From contig JYFJ02004346.1 of NCBI GenBank assembly GCA_000934665.2, forward strand, positions 1-32,777: 32,777 nucleotides of DNA. Reading direction: 5' to 3'. Positions 1-10,381 of this stretch are shown here, one piece after another. Each line of letters begins with the position of its first letter. The first letter of the stretch is position 1. Made by a program: the position numbers and the translations under genes. This DNA is from Catajapyx aquilonaris. Taxonomy: Eukaryota. The notes under the pieces are model-generated. The model saw only the letters and a program-made list of their open reading frames with translations. It made no database searches and was not told where the DNA came from.

Positions 1-395
1 GTTGGTTCAAAGTGATCGGCGCTTGCATGCCTGCTCAGCAATCCTGTCGATGGACAAGCGCCTTGTCGACCACTGCGGAAATGGCGTACCCAGTCCTTCA
101 CTGTCGAGTACGCCACGCAAGTGTCTCCATACACAGCCCTCATGCGTGTATGAATCTCCTTCGGTCCTGCTCCCTATCCGCACAGGAACTGAATTACTGC
201 CTGTTCGTCCGCCTTGGACGCGCCTGATATGGTGAACGACATTTTTCGACTGTGTACCGCAGCTATTACGCAGCACACCGAGTTCACTCTTGGCCAGGTT
301 GGTGACTGCTAATGTACCTCACAGCCAACCACAGCAGCCTCCATGTCACCTGCCGGCCTCCCGCGGCTGGGACGGGAACTTATTGACTATACTAA
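1..395 (-). mobile_element. Degenerate mariner transposon, 5' end (TIR + transposase N-terminal HTH), running off the left edge
   Basis: The minus strand starts TA|TTAGTATAGTCAATAAGTTCCCG (mariner-type TIR, TA at 396-397). Translation of ~225-60 gives ASKADEQAVIQFLCG*GAGPKEIHTRMRAVYGDTCVAYSTVKDWVRHFRSGR (mariner first HTH, one stop). After a frameshift/deletion comes RRLSIDRIAEQ, resembling the second HTH. Confidence 0.8.
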
Positions 396-1128
396 TAGAC
401 TATGACAATCTACGTGGCACTTTTAAAATTAAATGGTTCTTTCAGGCCTCCTGAGAAGTTGTCATTTCACCACATAGCAGGTTATTTCACAGTGACAGTA
501 TGTCATATACAAATATTTACGTATAATACAGTTACATACTTGAGAGTGCTACTCAGGGTAAATCCTATAAAAATAATTTCTGAATTTTCAACAATGATAG
601 TTCTGATACAAATGTACAAATGAGAGGTTCATGTCAACATTACAAATATTTACACTATGACAATATATAACCACCGAAGAGACTTTTGGCCAATTCTCAC
701 AGATGTATAAAACTGGAATCATGTCCTTACCTCCAATCTTTTGCTTTGCAACCTCTAATTTGAAAGTTTGAGTGATGTGTGCACTGACGAGTATTGGTAG
801 GAAGCCTGGAAAAAAAATTGCACATTTTCTCAAAATTAATATGGTTTCTTTTCAAAATGCTTAACAATATCAGGTAGGGCTCCTTCTAAAACATATTGCT
901 TCAAGAGTAAATAAGCTGAACCTGACATTCCCCAGGCAATCTGAGACGGAATGGTACTGGTTAAAAATTTATAACAGAGAACCATATGAGAATGAGAATT
1001 GCAGATATTAACACAGCATTCAAGACTCGTAACTCAATGCAAATCTATGCCACTAAAAAGCATATCACATCATATTGGACAGAACATACACTACCTTGCA
1101 ATATAAGAAAGATCACAAAATAAAAAAC

Positions 1129-1443
1129 TCATCTCAACCTAATTTCAGTCGCAGGAAGGAGTGCCATCTGCTCCTGCAGCTTGGTCACATGGGCCATTTC
1201 CACCTGCAACCTCTGCTGTAGACGGGTAGCTGCTACAATTAGCTCTTCTTGTTCCAGGCGAAGGGACAGTTCCACTCTGCAGAGATCTGATAGTGGCACA
1301 CCCTTCTCTTCTTCCCCTTCCCCTCCTACTTCTACCTCTTCCTCACAAGATTTCTCCATCTCCTCCTCTTTGTTTTCATCTCTCTCTTCACCACCAACTC
1401 TTGTGCTCTTCTCCTCATGCACAACACTAGTGTTGGGGACTGG
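1129..1443 (-). CDS. RALBP1: RalA-binding protein 1, coding exon 6 (acidic linker + C-terminal coiled coil); last exon visible
   Basis: Acceptor TTACTTTCTAG| at 1444-1446 is phase 0 and in frame with exon 5. It reads PVPNTSVVHEEK...LRLEQEELIVAATRLQQRLQVEMAHVTKLQEQM, resembling the RalBP1 C-terminal coiled coil. TGA lies at 1129-1131, but whether this is the true end is uncertain. Confidence 0.75.
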   Translation of the reverse strand, partial: PVPNTSVVHEEKSTRVGGEERDENKEEEMEKSCEEEVEVGGEGEEEKGVPLSDLCRVELSLRLEQEELIVAATRLQQRLQVEMAHVTKLQEQMALLPATEIRLR

Positions 1444-1982
1444 CTAGAAAGTAATTGAAACACGTCCTGTAACAGTCAATCAGTAAATTCTAACCTTCAA
1501 CATGCATTCATACATTTTCCATTCTCATTCTCATCTCATTCTCAAAGCTTCCAGTTGTAACTCTTAACATGTGAGACTGCAAGTTGTTGCCAAAAATTGG
1601 TGAGAGTAGGGACAGGGCATCACTCTATAGAACAGCCAGAAAGATTTACCCGCCACCAGAAAATGTTGGCCTACTCAGAACTGCGGAAGAGGATATATGG
1701 ACCACCTTTTGTGCCACATATTTTTCGAGAATCCTTGCAAGCAACCCACAAGATTTTTTTAAAAAATGCTGCACTTGTAAGAGAGAGGAGACCCATAGAC
1801 ACAATGTGCCAATTACACAAGAATTTAGGGGGGATGAAGTGCAAGGAATACAAGATTTACTAAAAACTACTTTTACAATATGACACACAGAACAGAGTAA
1901 GACGGGGAAGGAAAGAAGGAGGGAAAGGAAGATAGGTCTGTACAGTGCTGGACACATTAGCAGTCCCTAAATGGTTTTTTGA

Positions 1983-2025
1983 CGTGCATACGTCTTTAAA
2001 ATCCGATTTTAAAGACGTATCCACG
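1983..2025. repeat. Near-perfect palindrome (16-bp perfect arms, 1-nt spacer)
   Basis: ATACGTCTTTAAAATC-C-GATTTTAAAGACGTAT at 1988-2020, extending 4 more pairs after one mismatch. Confidence 0.9.
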
Positions 2026-2216
2026 CCTGCATGCCCTTGCCCTTATAGTCACAAAAGCTGCGGCTTGTGTCCCCGACACAACCTAACGTAATTTTTTTTT
2101 CCATCGTTGGCGCCGTGGGTGTTACCTGGCAACAACGCCATCCCCGGGAGTAGAAGGACGAGTTCAGACATCAGCCCATGATTCGTGCTTACAGTGTTCT
2201 TGCCATTGTTGCTACA

Positions 2217-2345
2217 GTTTACAGGGTGCGAGTGATGCGGGGCAACCCAGAGATGGGTCTGCCTGCTTACGCCGATAGCATGCATTATTACTGTAGGCAG
2301 GCAGACCCGTTGCTGTGTCGTCCGTGTCACTCCCGCCCTGTAAAC
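2217..2345. repeat. ~130-bp imperfect fold-back hairpin, possibly a tiny TA-flanked CAGGG-ended MITE (2222-2340)
   Basis: Outer arms GTTTACAGGGTGCGAGTGATGCGG and CCGTGTCACTCCCGCCCTGTAAAC, and inner arms GGGTCTGCCTGCTTAC and GTAGGCAGGCAGACCC, are reverse complements. TA flanks CAGGG...CCCTG. Confidence 0.75.
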
Positions 2346-2375
2346 AGTGTAAATGGTGTGCTCCACTATACATAC

Positions 2376-2876
2376 CTCCACTGGCACCGTGTCTTCTATT
2401 TCCATCTCTGTCTCCTCCACTTCTGTTGCATCTTGCGTTCCATCCTCCCTATCATCCTCTTTCGCTTCTTTTGCCACTTCTACATCATCCTTTGCTGCTG
2501 CATTGTCACTGGTCTCAATAACAGTTACTTTCTCTTCCTCCTCTTGTGCAGGTGGGGGGCAAGCTGCTTCTTTGGAAACAGATGGGGGGCAAGCTGCTTC
2601 CTTGGAAACAGGTGGGGGGCAAGCTGCTTCTTTGGAAACAGGTGGGGGGCAAGCTGCTTCCTTGGAAACAGGTGGGAGGCAAGCTGCTTCCTTGGAAACA
2701 GGTGGGGCCATTTGAAGGCTAGTGTTGATGTGAAACTCATCTTCAGTTGTAGTTACTGCTGTGACAGGTGCCTCCTGACTGACTTGTTGCTTATGGGCAC
2801 GATTACGACCCATCCTCTTCAGTTGGGTCAGGATACGCTGGGCTTCCCACAACTGCTCTTCACGAACTTTTGACAC
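2376..2876 (-). CDS. RALBP1: RalA-binding protein 1, coding exon 5 (second helix of Ral-binding domain + low-complexity linker)
   Basis: Acceptor TTTGGTTCACAG|GTG, donor GAG|GTATGT, 501 bp, phase 0/0. VSKVREEQLWEAQRILTQLKR matches the conserved RalBP1 Ral-binding motif (EExLWEVQRIxTxLKR). Confidence 0.93.
2551..2707 (-). repeat. Coding minisatellite, 5 full copies of a 30-bp unit encoding (P/L)P(P/S)VSKEAAC
   Basis: GGTGGGGGGCAAGCTGCTTC(T/C)TTGGAAACA repeats at 2551, 2581, 2611, 2641 and 2671, with a partial copy at 2701. Confidence 0.97.
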
Positions 2877-3408
2877 CTGTGAACCAAATGGTATTATTTG
2901 TAAATGCCTAACATCAACCTAATAATCTCAAACAATAAAAAAGGTATTCTCAATGCAATATAATTATGCTGACCTAGAGCTGTTAATTTCATTTTGACAT
3001 ATTTTACAACTTCATTTATTTTACAGTTCATGTCATGTTTCAGAATTAACCTCACACTTGTATTGGTAAAAATTTCCCAGGAAATTGCCACAATTGCTGA
3101 ATCTTAAAGTCTCTTACAAAAATGTGAAATGCTGGGGTCTATTAGATCCACAGTCTAAAGTGGGGAGGATGAGGGGGCAGGGGGGAGTTGGAGGGTGTCG
3201 ATCATGGCACATGCCCCTCCCGCCCCCGAGGAGAAAAAAAAGGAAAAAAGAGAGAGAAAAAAAACCGTGGAGAAAACTCGCAAAAACCCTCTAGAACAGT
3301 GCAAAATTGCACTGTTCTATGGGTTCTTTTCCGTTTTGCGGGCATATTCCAGGGTAAAAACAAATCTTCACAGAAGCATGATGGCATTTTGACATGGCAA
3401 AATCATAC

Positions 3409-4016
3409 CTGTATTCCTGCATTCATCTCCGAATGAATCTGGTCTAGCAGAGACTCCTGCTTCCGCACCTCCTTCTGCAAACTCCCTGCATCCCACTCTC
3501 CTTCCTTTTCCATCCATGCTTGCACTGCTGCACCAGACAAGGGTGGGACATATGGTGTTAGCAATGGTACAGAAAATGAGACTAGATGTGGCAGAGAATT
3601 TGACTGGGTTACTAGGGCCTGTAGCAGTGCAGGGGAGCAGCCCACAGCAGAACTCAGAGTGGTACCAAGAGTCTGGGCACCCATCTTGTTCAACTTCTCT
3701 CTGGAGGCCACTTCCCCAAGGTGGGCCAGAAGCCATGAGAAGAGAACCAGTCTGTTTGGGTCGGAATCAAGAGCATGGACAGCAGTTTTTAAGAGGTCAC
3801 CACCTGAGCTCTCCACCTCTTCCAACTTGGTGGCCACTCCTCCAGTAGAGAGCAAGGGATGAGGCATCTCCTTCAGAAAAAGTTTCAGAAGGGCAGCTAC
3901 TGTCACAGGATCATGCTCCTGCAGTGAGGGCTCCTGCCTGCGGTCATAAGCATGCTTCAGCTGAGCCACTTTGGACTTGACCCCTGAAGCTTTGTAGATG
4001 CCTTCATGATTCAAGC
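3409..4016 (-). CDS. RALBP1: RalA-binding protein 1, coding exon 4 (RhoGAP domain body + first Ral-binding helix)
   Basis: Acceptor CCCCACAG|GC, donor CAG|GTATGA, 608 bp, phase 1/0. Contains RhoGAP motifs EGIYKASG, VAALLKLFLKEMPHPLL and NKM, then EVRKQESLLDQIHSEMNAG (Ral-binding domain). Confidence 0.95.
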
Positions 4017-4243
4017 CTGTGGGGTTCAAAGTACATCATAACACATTTTCATAATAAAGTGACATGGCAAATGACAACAAGTCTGAACGCCTCGTTTCAG
4101 ATTTTGAATAAAATTAGTTCAAATACTGTACTTTGTTCCATACAATGTTGTATCATATATGCTACCATTATCATGTTTATTAAAACTTTCAACACTAGTT
4201 TATCCTGCACAACCAAGCAAATCAATAAATAAGCCACCCATAC

Positions 4244-4360
4244 CGTGCTCCTGCAAGAAGTCAATGCAATTCCTGACCACCAAAGGGACATGGATCTCAT
4301 CATGGCACCGGCTCCTCTCAACAGCCACCTTGAGAGCAACTCCAAACACTGGCTGTTCCT
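4244..4360 (-). CDS. RALBP1: RalA-binding protein 1, coding exon 3 (start of RhoGAP domain)
   Basis: Acceptor GTGTTTTCAG|, donor CACG|GTATGG, 117 bp, phase 1/1. EQPVFGVALKVAVERSRCHDEIHVPLVVRNCIDFLQEH is the typical RalBP1 RhoGAP start. Confidence 0.95.
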
Positions 4361-4398
4361 CTGAAAACACAAGTTTTAATTCACAATACAATAACAAT

Positions 4399-4665
4399 GG
4401 GCAACACGATGGCATAGCAGTTAGCGCCGCAGCCTTCCACCCCTGAGGTCCCAAGTTCGATCCCTGGGTCGGACGGAGGATACTTAATATGTGGATAGAG
4501 TTTCGATGGGTTCTCTCCGTGTTCGCGTGGGTTTTCTCGGGGTTCTCCCGTTTCCTCCCACAATCAAAATCCATCACAGAGCAGGCAATGATTAAAGACA
4601 GTTCATGAAAAAGATGATCCCCTAAGAGGCCCAAGGAGGTCTATCACGCGGCATCCATTAATAAT
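4399..4665 (+). mobile_element. tRNA-derived SINE, family B (V-domain-like core)
   Basis: A box TGGCATAGCAG, B box AGTTCGATCCC, body TTCTCTCCGTGTTCGCGTGGGTTTTCTCGGGGTTCTCCCGTTTCCTCCCACA, (AAT)n tail, TSD AATACAATAACAA (4385-4397/4666-4678). A second copy lies at 22682. Confidence 0.9.
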
Positions 4666-5242
4666 AATACAATAACAACATACTCAGGAAGAAGTCACTG
4701 ACACTACTGAGGTAAGAGAGCATCCCATTGTATTATCCTACTTGAAGGGACGTTGGAAGGCACCTGGATAAGTAGATATCGTAGCAACATTATCACAGAT
4801 GAACTTGCCAATGATGCGAATTAACAGCAGTAAATATGTTTGTCCTAATATCTCATCTGAGGACATCAGGCCAGAAATGTTTGATGATGATCCTGAGGAN
4901 CCCCCCCCCCCCCATTTGCACGTCATTGTGACATAACTCACACGAAGAAACATATGATAACCCATGTAAAAACATGTTAACATGTAAGAAAGGAAATGAA
5001 TGCGCCATTCCTCCAATAGTTGTGATAAGCAAATGTAAGTTTTATGCAATGACCTGTCATTATTCAGTGTAGCTGTCGCCAGTGTATTTCAGTCCCTCTA
5101 CAGAGACTGAGACACCACCACAGATCTTGGGACAAGAGAGAAAATTTTATCCCACAAGCCCTCAATTACACAACTTTCATTCCTCAAGAGAAAGTAACCA
5201 CATGTTCCCATTCCTCCAGCTTTCATTATGGTCCAGTCCAAT

Positions 5243-5528
5243 GAGTACGTTTATATGGGACTAAAAATCGACTGCCTAATTATCACGGGCAGCCCATGCG
5301 GTAGCTGCAGAGCTTCACATATTGCACATTTTGCTGTGAGGAGCGGTATGGCCCGGCATGGTGGGCACTACTTTCGGGCGGCTCACCGACCCCTCAGCAG
5401 CAAAAGAGTCAGTCCCATGTAGCAGTGGCAAAAGTGGGAGCAGGCTTTGTGTAGACAGGCTTTGCGTAGACAGGCCTTGCTTAGGAGGCCTGGGTCAGGC
5501 CAATTTTTAGTCCCATGTAAATGTACTC
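5243..5528. mobile_element. PIF/Harbinger-like MITE
   Basis: TIRs GAGTACGTTTATATGGGACTAAAAAT and ATTTTTAGTCCCATGTAAATGTACTC, 3-bp TSD AAT on both sides, and an internal 15-bp tandem repeat at ~5440-5490. Confidence 0.8.
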
Positions 5529-5560
5529 AATGTGAGGGCACAAAACCTATAGCAACTCAC

Positions 5561-6052
5561 CTCCATTAGGGTCATGATGATGAGCCCCTCCTGATGACTC
5601 ACTCTTGTCTTTTCCTTTATCCTTCTTTCCTTTATCCTTCAACTTAAGCTTAGTCAGCTTTATACTCCCCTCCTTCTCCCTCTCCTTCTTTCTTTTATCA
5701 TCCTTAGCACTTTCTGTAGCACCTGAAGATGCAGCTATTGTCCCTCCTTCTCCTCCAGCCCCATCCGATTTGGCAGAAACTTGTATCTGGAGTTGTTCTT
5801 TATCTTTACTCTTGTCCTTCTCCTTGTCTTTGCCCTTATCCTTGTCCTTCTTGGCTGAGGGAAACTTGAATGCTTTTGCTTTCTTGGCCTTGGAGGGGCT
5901 TTTCAGCTGGTCAGCAGGATTGTCCATCTCCTCTGCTGAGCTCTCACCCTGGAGAGCAGCGTAACCTCTGTCCTTCTTCTCTCGCTTGTCCTTGCTCTTT
6001 TTACCAATCAGCAGGTCCTTTTTAGATAGCTTCTCATGAGAATCTTCACTGA
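5561..6052 (-). CDS. RALBP1: RalA-binding protein 1, coding exon 2 (basic/charged N-terminal region)
   Basis: Acceptor TTTTCCACAG|TC, donor GGAG|GTGAGT, 492 bp, phase 1/1. The junction gives SDFSED, followed by SKKDLLIG, DRGYAALQGESS and KSPSKAKKAKAFKF, all characteristic of insect Rlip. Confidence 0.95.
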
Positions 6053-6498
6053 CTGTGGAAAATGACACTTCATTGCTAAAACTGTTGCAGCAAATAGCTT
6101 TTGAGTTTACAGGCCTATTGGGCAAGTAATTATAATACAAACAAGTAGAAACACAGAGAACCAACTCTATTATTTAGTTCTCTATGTTTATTTCTCATGT
6201 AAGCCACTGGGAGGGAAAGGACACGATAATTTCATTTGAATACACATGAGGTAAGAGTGCCAGCCTTGCTCTTCTACTCCAGCAATTTAAAAAAATCTGC
6301 AGTTGTGTTCGTAATGTTGCTGCAACTAGCAAAGGATACTAATGGCACAATGTCAACATGCAAAGGTGCTAATTGCAAAAGGAGTTTTGGGATTTTTCAC
6401 TGGGGTTTCAGCTAATCAGCTATCTGCATGCCAATTTTCAGCTTTCTGGGTACTTCGGAAGTGGGTTCCAATTTCTGAACATACACACACACACCTTC

Positions 6499-6532
6499 TA
6501 ATAATAACAATAATAACAACAACAACAACAAC

Positions 6533-6585
<53 letters not shown>
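6499..6585. repeat. (AAT/AAC)n microsatellite
   Basis: Directly visible trinucleotide run. Confidence 0.95.
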
Positions 6586-6739
6586 GACTGCATGGACCGA
6601 TCCATATTAATATATCTGCCGTGGAGTTGAATTACTAGTCTGCAAAATGATGACATTTAATGGCACCTGTTCCATGGGGCATATCCAATCAAAAATTCAT
6701 TGCAATTCATAGGTTGGGTTGATACTTTGGCCTAATATT

Positions 6740-7098
6740 TATTTATTTAAAAAATTATTTTTTTTACTAACCCCATTGGGAGAAACAGTGCTCCTTTAGG
6801 GGGGTGGAACATCACCATTTTCCAGCACTTTTTTCTTATGTATTTTCTTCGGACACCATGCAAGGGAGAAAGGACATAGGGAATAGAAGGGAGATTTTTG
6901 GGGAGGAGACACGGGTGCAAGTGCAATGTCTGAAACTGGGCCATCTGCAGTCTCCCTGGAGGTTAGGTTGCCAGACACCTCCAAGGCGCAGGTCAGAGAC
7001 CCTCCTGACACAGGCGAAAGGGAGCACCAGGGCGGGGATTGAACCCGGGACCTTTCGCTCAGCAAGCAGAGTCCTTACCGACTCGACCACCACGCCTG
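6740..7098 (-). mobile_element. tRNA-derived SINE, family D
   Basis: Minus strand: A box TGGTCGAGTCGG, B box GGTTCAATCCC, A-rich tail, TSD TGGCCTAATATT (6728-6739/7099-7110). Homologous to 9298-9644. Confidence 0.9.
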
Positions 7099-8120
7099 TG
7101 GCCTAATATTAGCAACTAATATGTTTGATAAATGCTAAGGATAACTTTTCCACACAAAGTGCGTAACAGCTTACAAGTAAGCAAATTATGGCGAAGAAAT
7201 CACAACATAGCCTAGGCCTACCTGAGAAAATAATTAATGAGAATCTGCAAGGTGACCAAGAAATTACTAGAACTAAAATTGAAATATTTTTTCCCCCTTA
7301 CAAGACTGACTTTAGATCACATCTGCATTGGTGAAAATGCCATAGATGCTATTGTGTTCAGTTGGTATTCTTGTACCAGAGTCTACCCAGAAAATGTGCT
7401 CTGACCCACATGAAACTTCCCCTCTCCCTCACCCATCCTCACCAGGGTCCTGTGGGTCAGTGCCCCACAGTCCCTCAGGGTGCATACGCAAAATTTCCCC
7501 TGATATGGATTTGATCTCAATTCTGAAGTACACAATACAGGATCATATACTTTAAATTTATGTCACACATATTTAGTACTATAATTTGTTCCAAAACACA
7601 CATCGAGAAACTGTATTGAATGCTCCACTTAGAAAGGACTAAAAAGGTACCCTGAATGGTGACAACATGAACATTAATCTGACCTGTGGCAACCTGCCAC
7701 AAGTGAAAATAAGAGCCTCAGGGGTTTTTACACATAGAAGTGTTTAGGCAAGAATCTTGAGAGCAATTGCATAATAAAGGCAGGTGGCTGTATGGCAAGT
7801 CAAGAGACTTGATTCCCTCCTCCAGCCTGCATTCTGACCCCAGTCTTGCCTAATTGGTTTTGCTTGAAGGAGGAAAACATGTAATAATGACTAGCCAGGC
7901 AACCAGGTGATTCAATGTACATGCCCCCTTAGAAAAGGCTGTACCACACTCAGTACAATTTATTTCATTGGGTTTTATTGTTAGGAATAATTATGCAAAT
8001 AATAAGTAATAACAATGACAAACCTGAGGTATGTCATATCTGCAGTGCAAGTCAGCTGTTAAAGCAAAAATCAAAATCCTTATCACCTGCATTACAACAA
8101 ACCAAAATTGGGTAAATGCA

Positions 8121-8121
<1 letters not shown>

Positions 8122-8182
<61 letters not shown>
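8122..8182. repeat. (TAA)n microsatellite
   Basis: About 20 perfect TAA units. Confidence 0.95.
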
Positions 8183-9297
8183 CAATCAGGGGTACTAGAA
8201 ATATTTCAGAACGACCTATATAAAAATTTCTAAAATGGGAAGTGGTTATAAACACGGACAGGATTATAAAACGACACACACAGCAAAAATAGGCTTACGA
8301 AATTAGTGGCCAACCACCTGCAGCAGCTTGTGCAAACAACTTCGGATGCTAAGCTTATCTCTCACTGGCTGTATAAATGCATGCAACACACATGTGCATG
8401 CATGCACAGACATACACCCACATTCACACAGGTGAAGGTCAGATGGAAAAGCTTACTGGCAAAATAATGGCAGCAAAAAAATAGGAGATGCTCCACCCTT
8501 TAAATTCAGATACCCACTTACATGGACTTGTAAGTCTTTTGAATAACTTTTTGGAAGCCTGTATGTGTGGTTCTTCATTCTTACATAAAATAAAATATTC
8601 CAACCCTCTTCTCAATAGCTATTAACTGCACGTTGAGTATTTAGTGGAACATTATCCCTCTCTAAGGTATTCCTGATGCATTATGCAATATATTCTTCAC
8701 CACATGCTTGTGCATAATGTAACTGTGCATGATCCAAGGATTAGTTTTACTGGATAACACTGGCTTGCACGCATTGTATAAGAAAGGAAAGTTTGAGATC
8801 TACATTAATGACAATAATTGACTATTATATTCCCTTACTTCAGTAAAGAAAGTACTAGCTATTACTGAAACAATATACTGGGTGTTCCTACTAAAATATC
8901 CCTAGGAGTTAGCTAGTTTGTGGCACAATCAGCTTATTTTTAAGCAGTAACTTATTAATAGCTACTTTTAGTGGTTATCAAATTTTAGTGGTTAGCTGCT
9001 GATCTTAGGCCAAACTGAATATCCACCCAAGCTGAATATCCACCCAAGCTTTGAACTGAAATGAATTTCTGATTAGGAATGGTTCCTTGCAACAATTGAC
9101 ACTTGAATGTCAATGACGAAATCAATTTTTGCAGGCCTCATCCCTGTGCAGGGATTATGTCTAGCATTTCTTACTGTATGACCAGCAGCACCAACTTAAC
9201 ATGGCTGATCTCACTCTTACGAGTTCCCTACAGTTAAGTTCATAGTTAGGTAACCCAGCCAGAATATTCACAAGTACTATGTCAAATGGCACAAACT

Positions 9298-9644
9298 GGG
9301 GAGGTGTGGTGGCCGTGATGGCAACGTCTCGGCTTGCTGAGTGAAAGGCCCCAGGTTCTATCCCCGCCTGGGGAACTTTCCTTTCACCTGCGTCAGGAGG
9401 GTCTCTGACCTGCACCAAGGAGGTGTCTGGCAACCTAACCTCCTGGGGAACAGCACATGACCCCTTTACCGACATTGCACTTGCACCTATGTTCCCTCCC
9501 CAAAAATCCCTACCCTTACCCAATGTCCTTGTTTCCCTGCACCGGAGAATGAAGCAGAAAATATATACAGAAAACTGATGGTGGTATGCCACCCCCCTAT
9601 AGCACCCATAAGGGTCATCACGGGGTAAACTTAAAAAAAAAAAG
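9298..9644 (+). mobile_element. tRNA-derived SINE, family D
   Basis: A box TGGCCGTGATGG, B box GGTTCTATCCC, poly-A tail, TSD GGCACAAACT (9288-9297/9645-9654). Inverted relative to the copy at 6740-7098. Confidence 0.9.
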
Positions 9645-10381
9645 GGCACAAACTACACATCTGAAACTGCATTACAACTGTTCATATCCCGCACGACATG
9701 GAGCTATTTTGATTGATTGATTGATGCCAGAACTTCGGGTTATTTTTTCAGACTTGAAACAGGAAGGCATCATGTTTATGTTAATATCTTTAAATTATTA
9801 TTGAAATTTCTGTGTAAATTAACGCCTAGTGAAAAAGAGGACGGCCTGCTCACAAAAAATTATACATGATACCTAAAGAGGAAGGAACAGTGAAAAACTC
9901 TTATCACTGACAATAGTAATCTTATGAAATTACCGGCAATTGACATGAAACAAAATGGATTATGGCTTCCTGTATGAATTATTACCAAGATGCTGATATT
10001 TGAATAGAAAAAGATAGAGCTCAGCACACTCAAAAACTTATTCACTATACAATCTGATTAAATGTAATTTTCATCAAGAGCAATATCTTCACATACCACC
10101 CACATTGCCGATAAAATGGGTAATAGCAAACTTTCACAAAGGTTCACCAAATTTATATATTGAAAGTTATATAATCCCTCCAAATAGCGAAAATAACTGC
10201 TCATTATGTAATTTCCCTAATGAATTAGACTTGTTCCATTTAATTTGCCTTTTGGTTGAGCAGCTCGCTATAGATACGTTACTTTTTCAATTTTTCCAAA
10301 TCACCACCGGACCGCCTATATTTTGTATTAACACCTTTGCGACCAGCTATACCTAACTCGCATAGGTATTTGCTTACATAT

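Noticed and set aside
1466..1469. Alternative acceptor TGTTACAG for RalBP1 exon 6
   Set aside because: It is out of frame with the coiled-coil ORF; the TAG at 1444-1446 is in frame.
2049..2375. C-terminal extension of the 275-aa ORF (VCIVEHTIY...)
   Set aside because: It lies beyond a consensus donor GAG|GTATGT and runs through hairpin/repeat DNA, so it is intron read-through.
2551..2707. 30-bp repeats as a CRISPR array
   Set aside because: The units are head-to-tail with no spacers, in frame inside a eukaryotic exon, and there are no cas genes.
2178..2873. 231-aa plus-strand ORF with WGASCFFGNR repeats, and other antisense ORFs over RalBP1 exons
   Set aside because: These are shadow frames of the RalBP1 exons and the minisatellite.
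3161..3300. G-rich, possibly G-quadruplex-forming tract followed by A-rich runs in intron 4
   Set aside because: It looks like a decayed MITE interior; no termini or function could be supported.
4399..4475. SINE heads (here and at 7030, 9300, 10385, 13000, 22685, 24330, 27940) as tRNA genes
   Set aside because: They have A/B boxes but no convincing acceptor stems, and are followed by SINE bodies, tails and TSDs.
4900..4913. N followed by a poly-C run
   Set aside because: Sequencing or assembly ambiguity at a homopolymer, not a feature.
8121..8373. Possible truncated minus-strand retroposon with an (ATT)n tail and TAAATGCA flanks
   Set aside because: Only an 8-bp AT-rich match, with no recognisable body.
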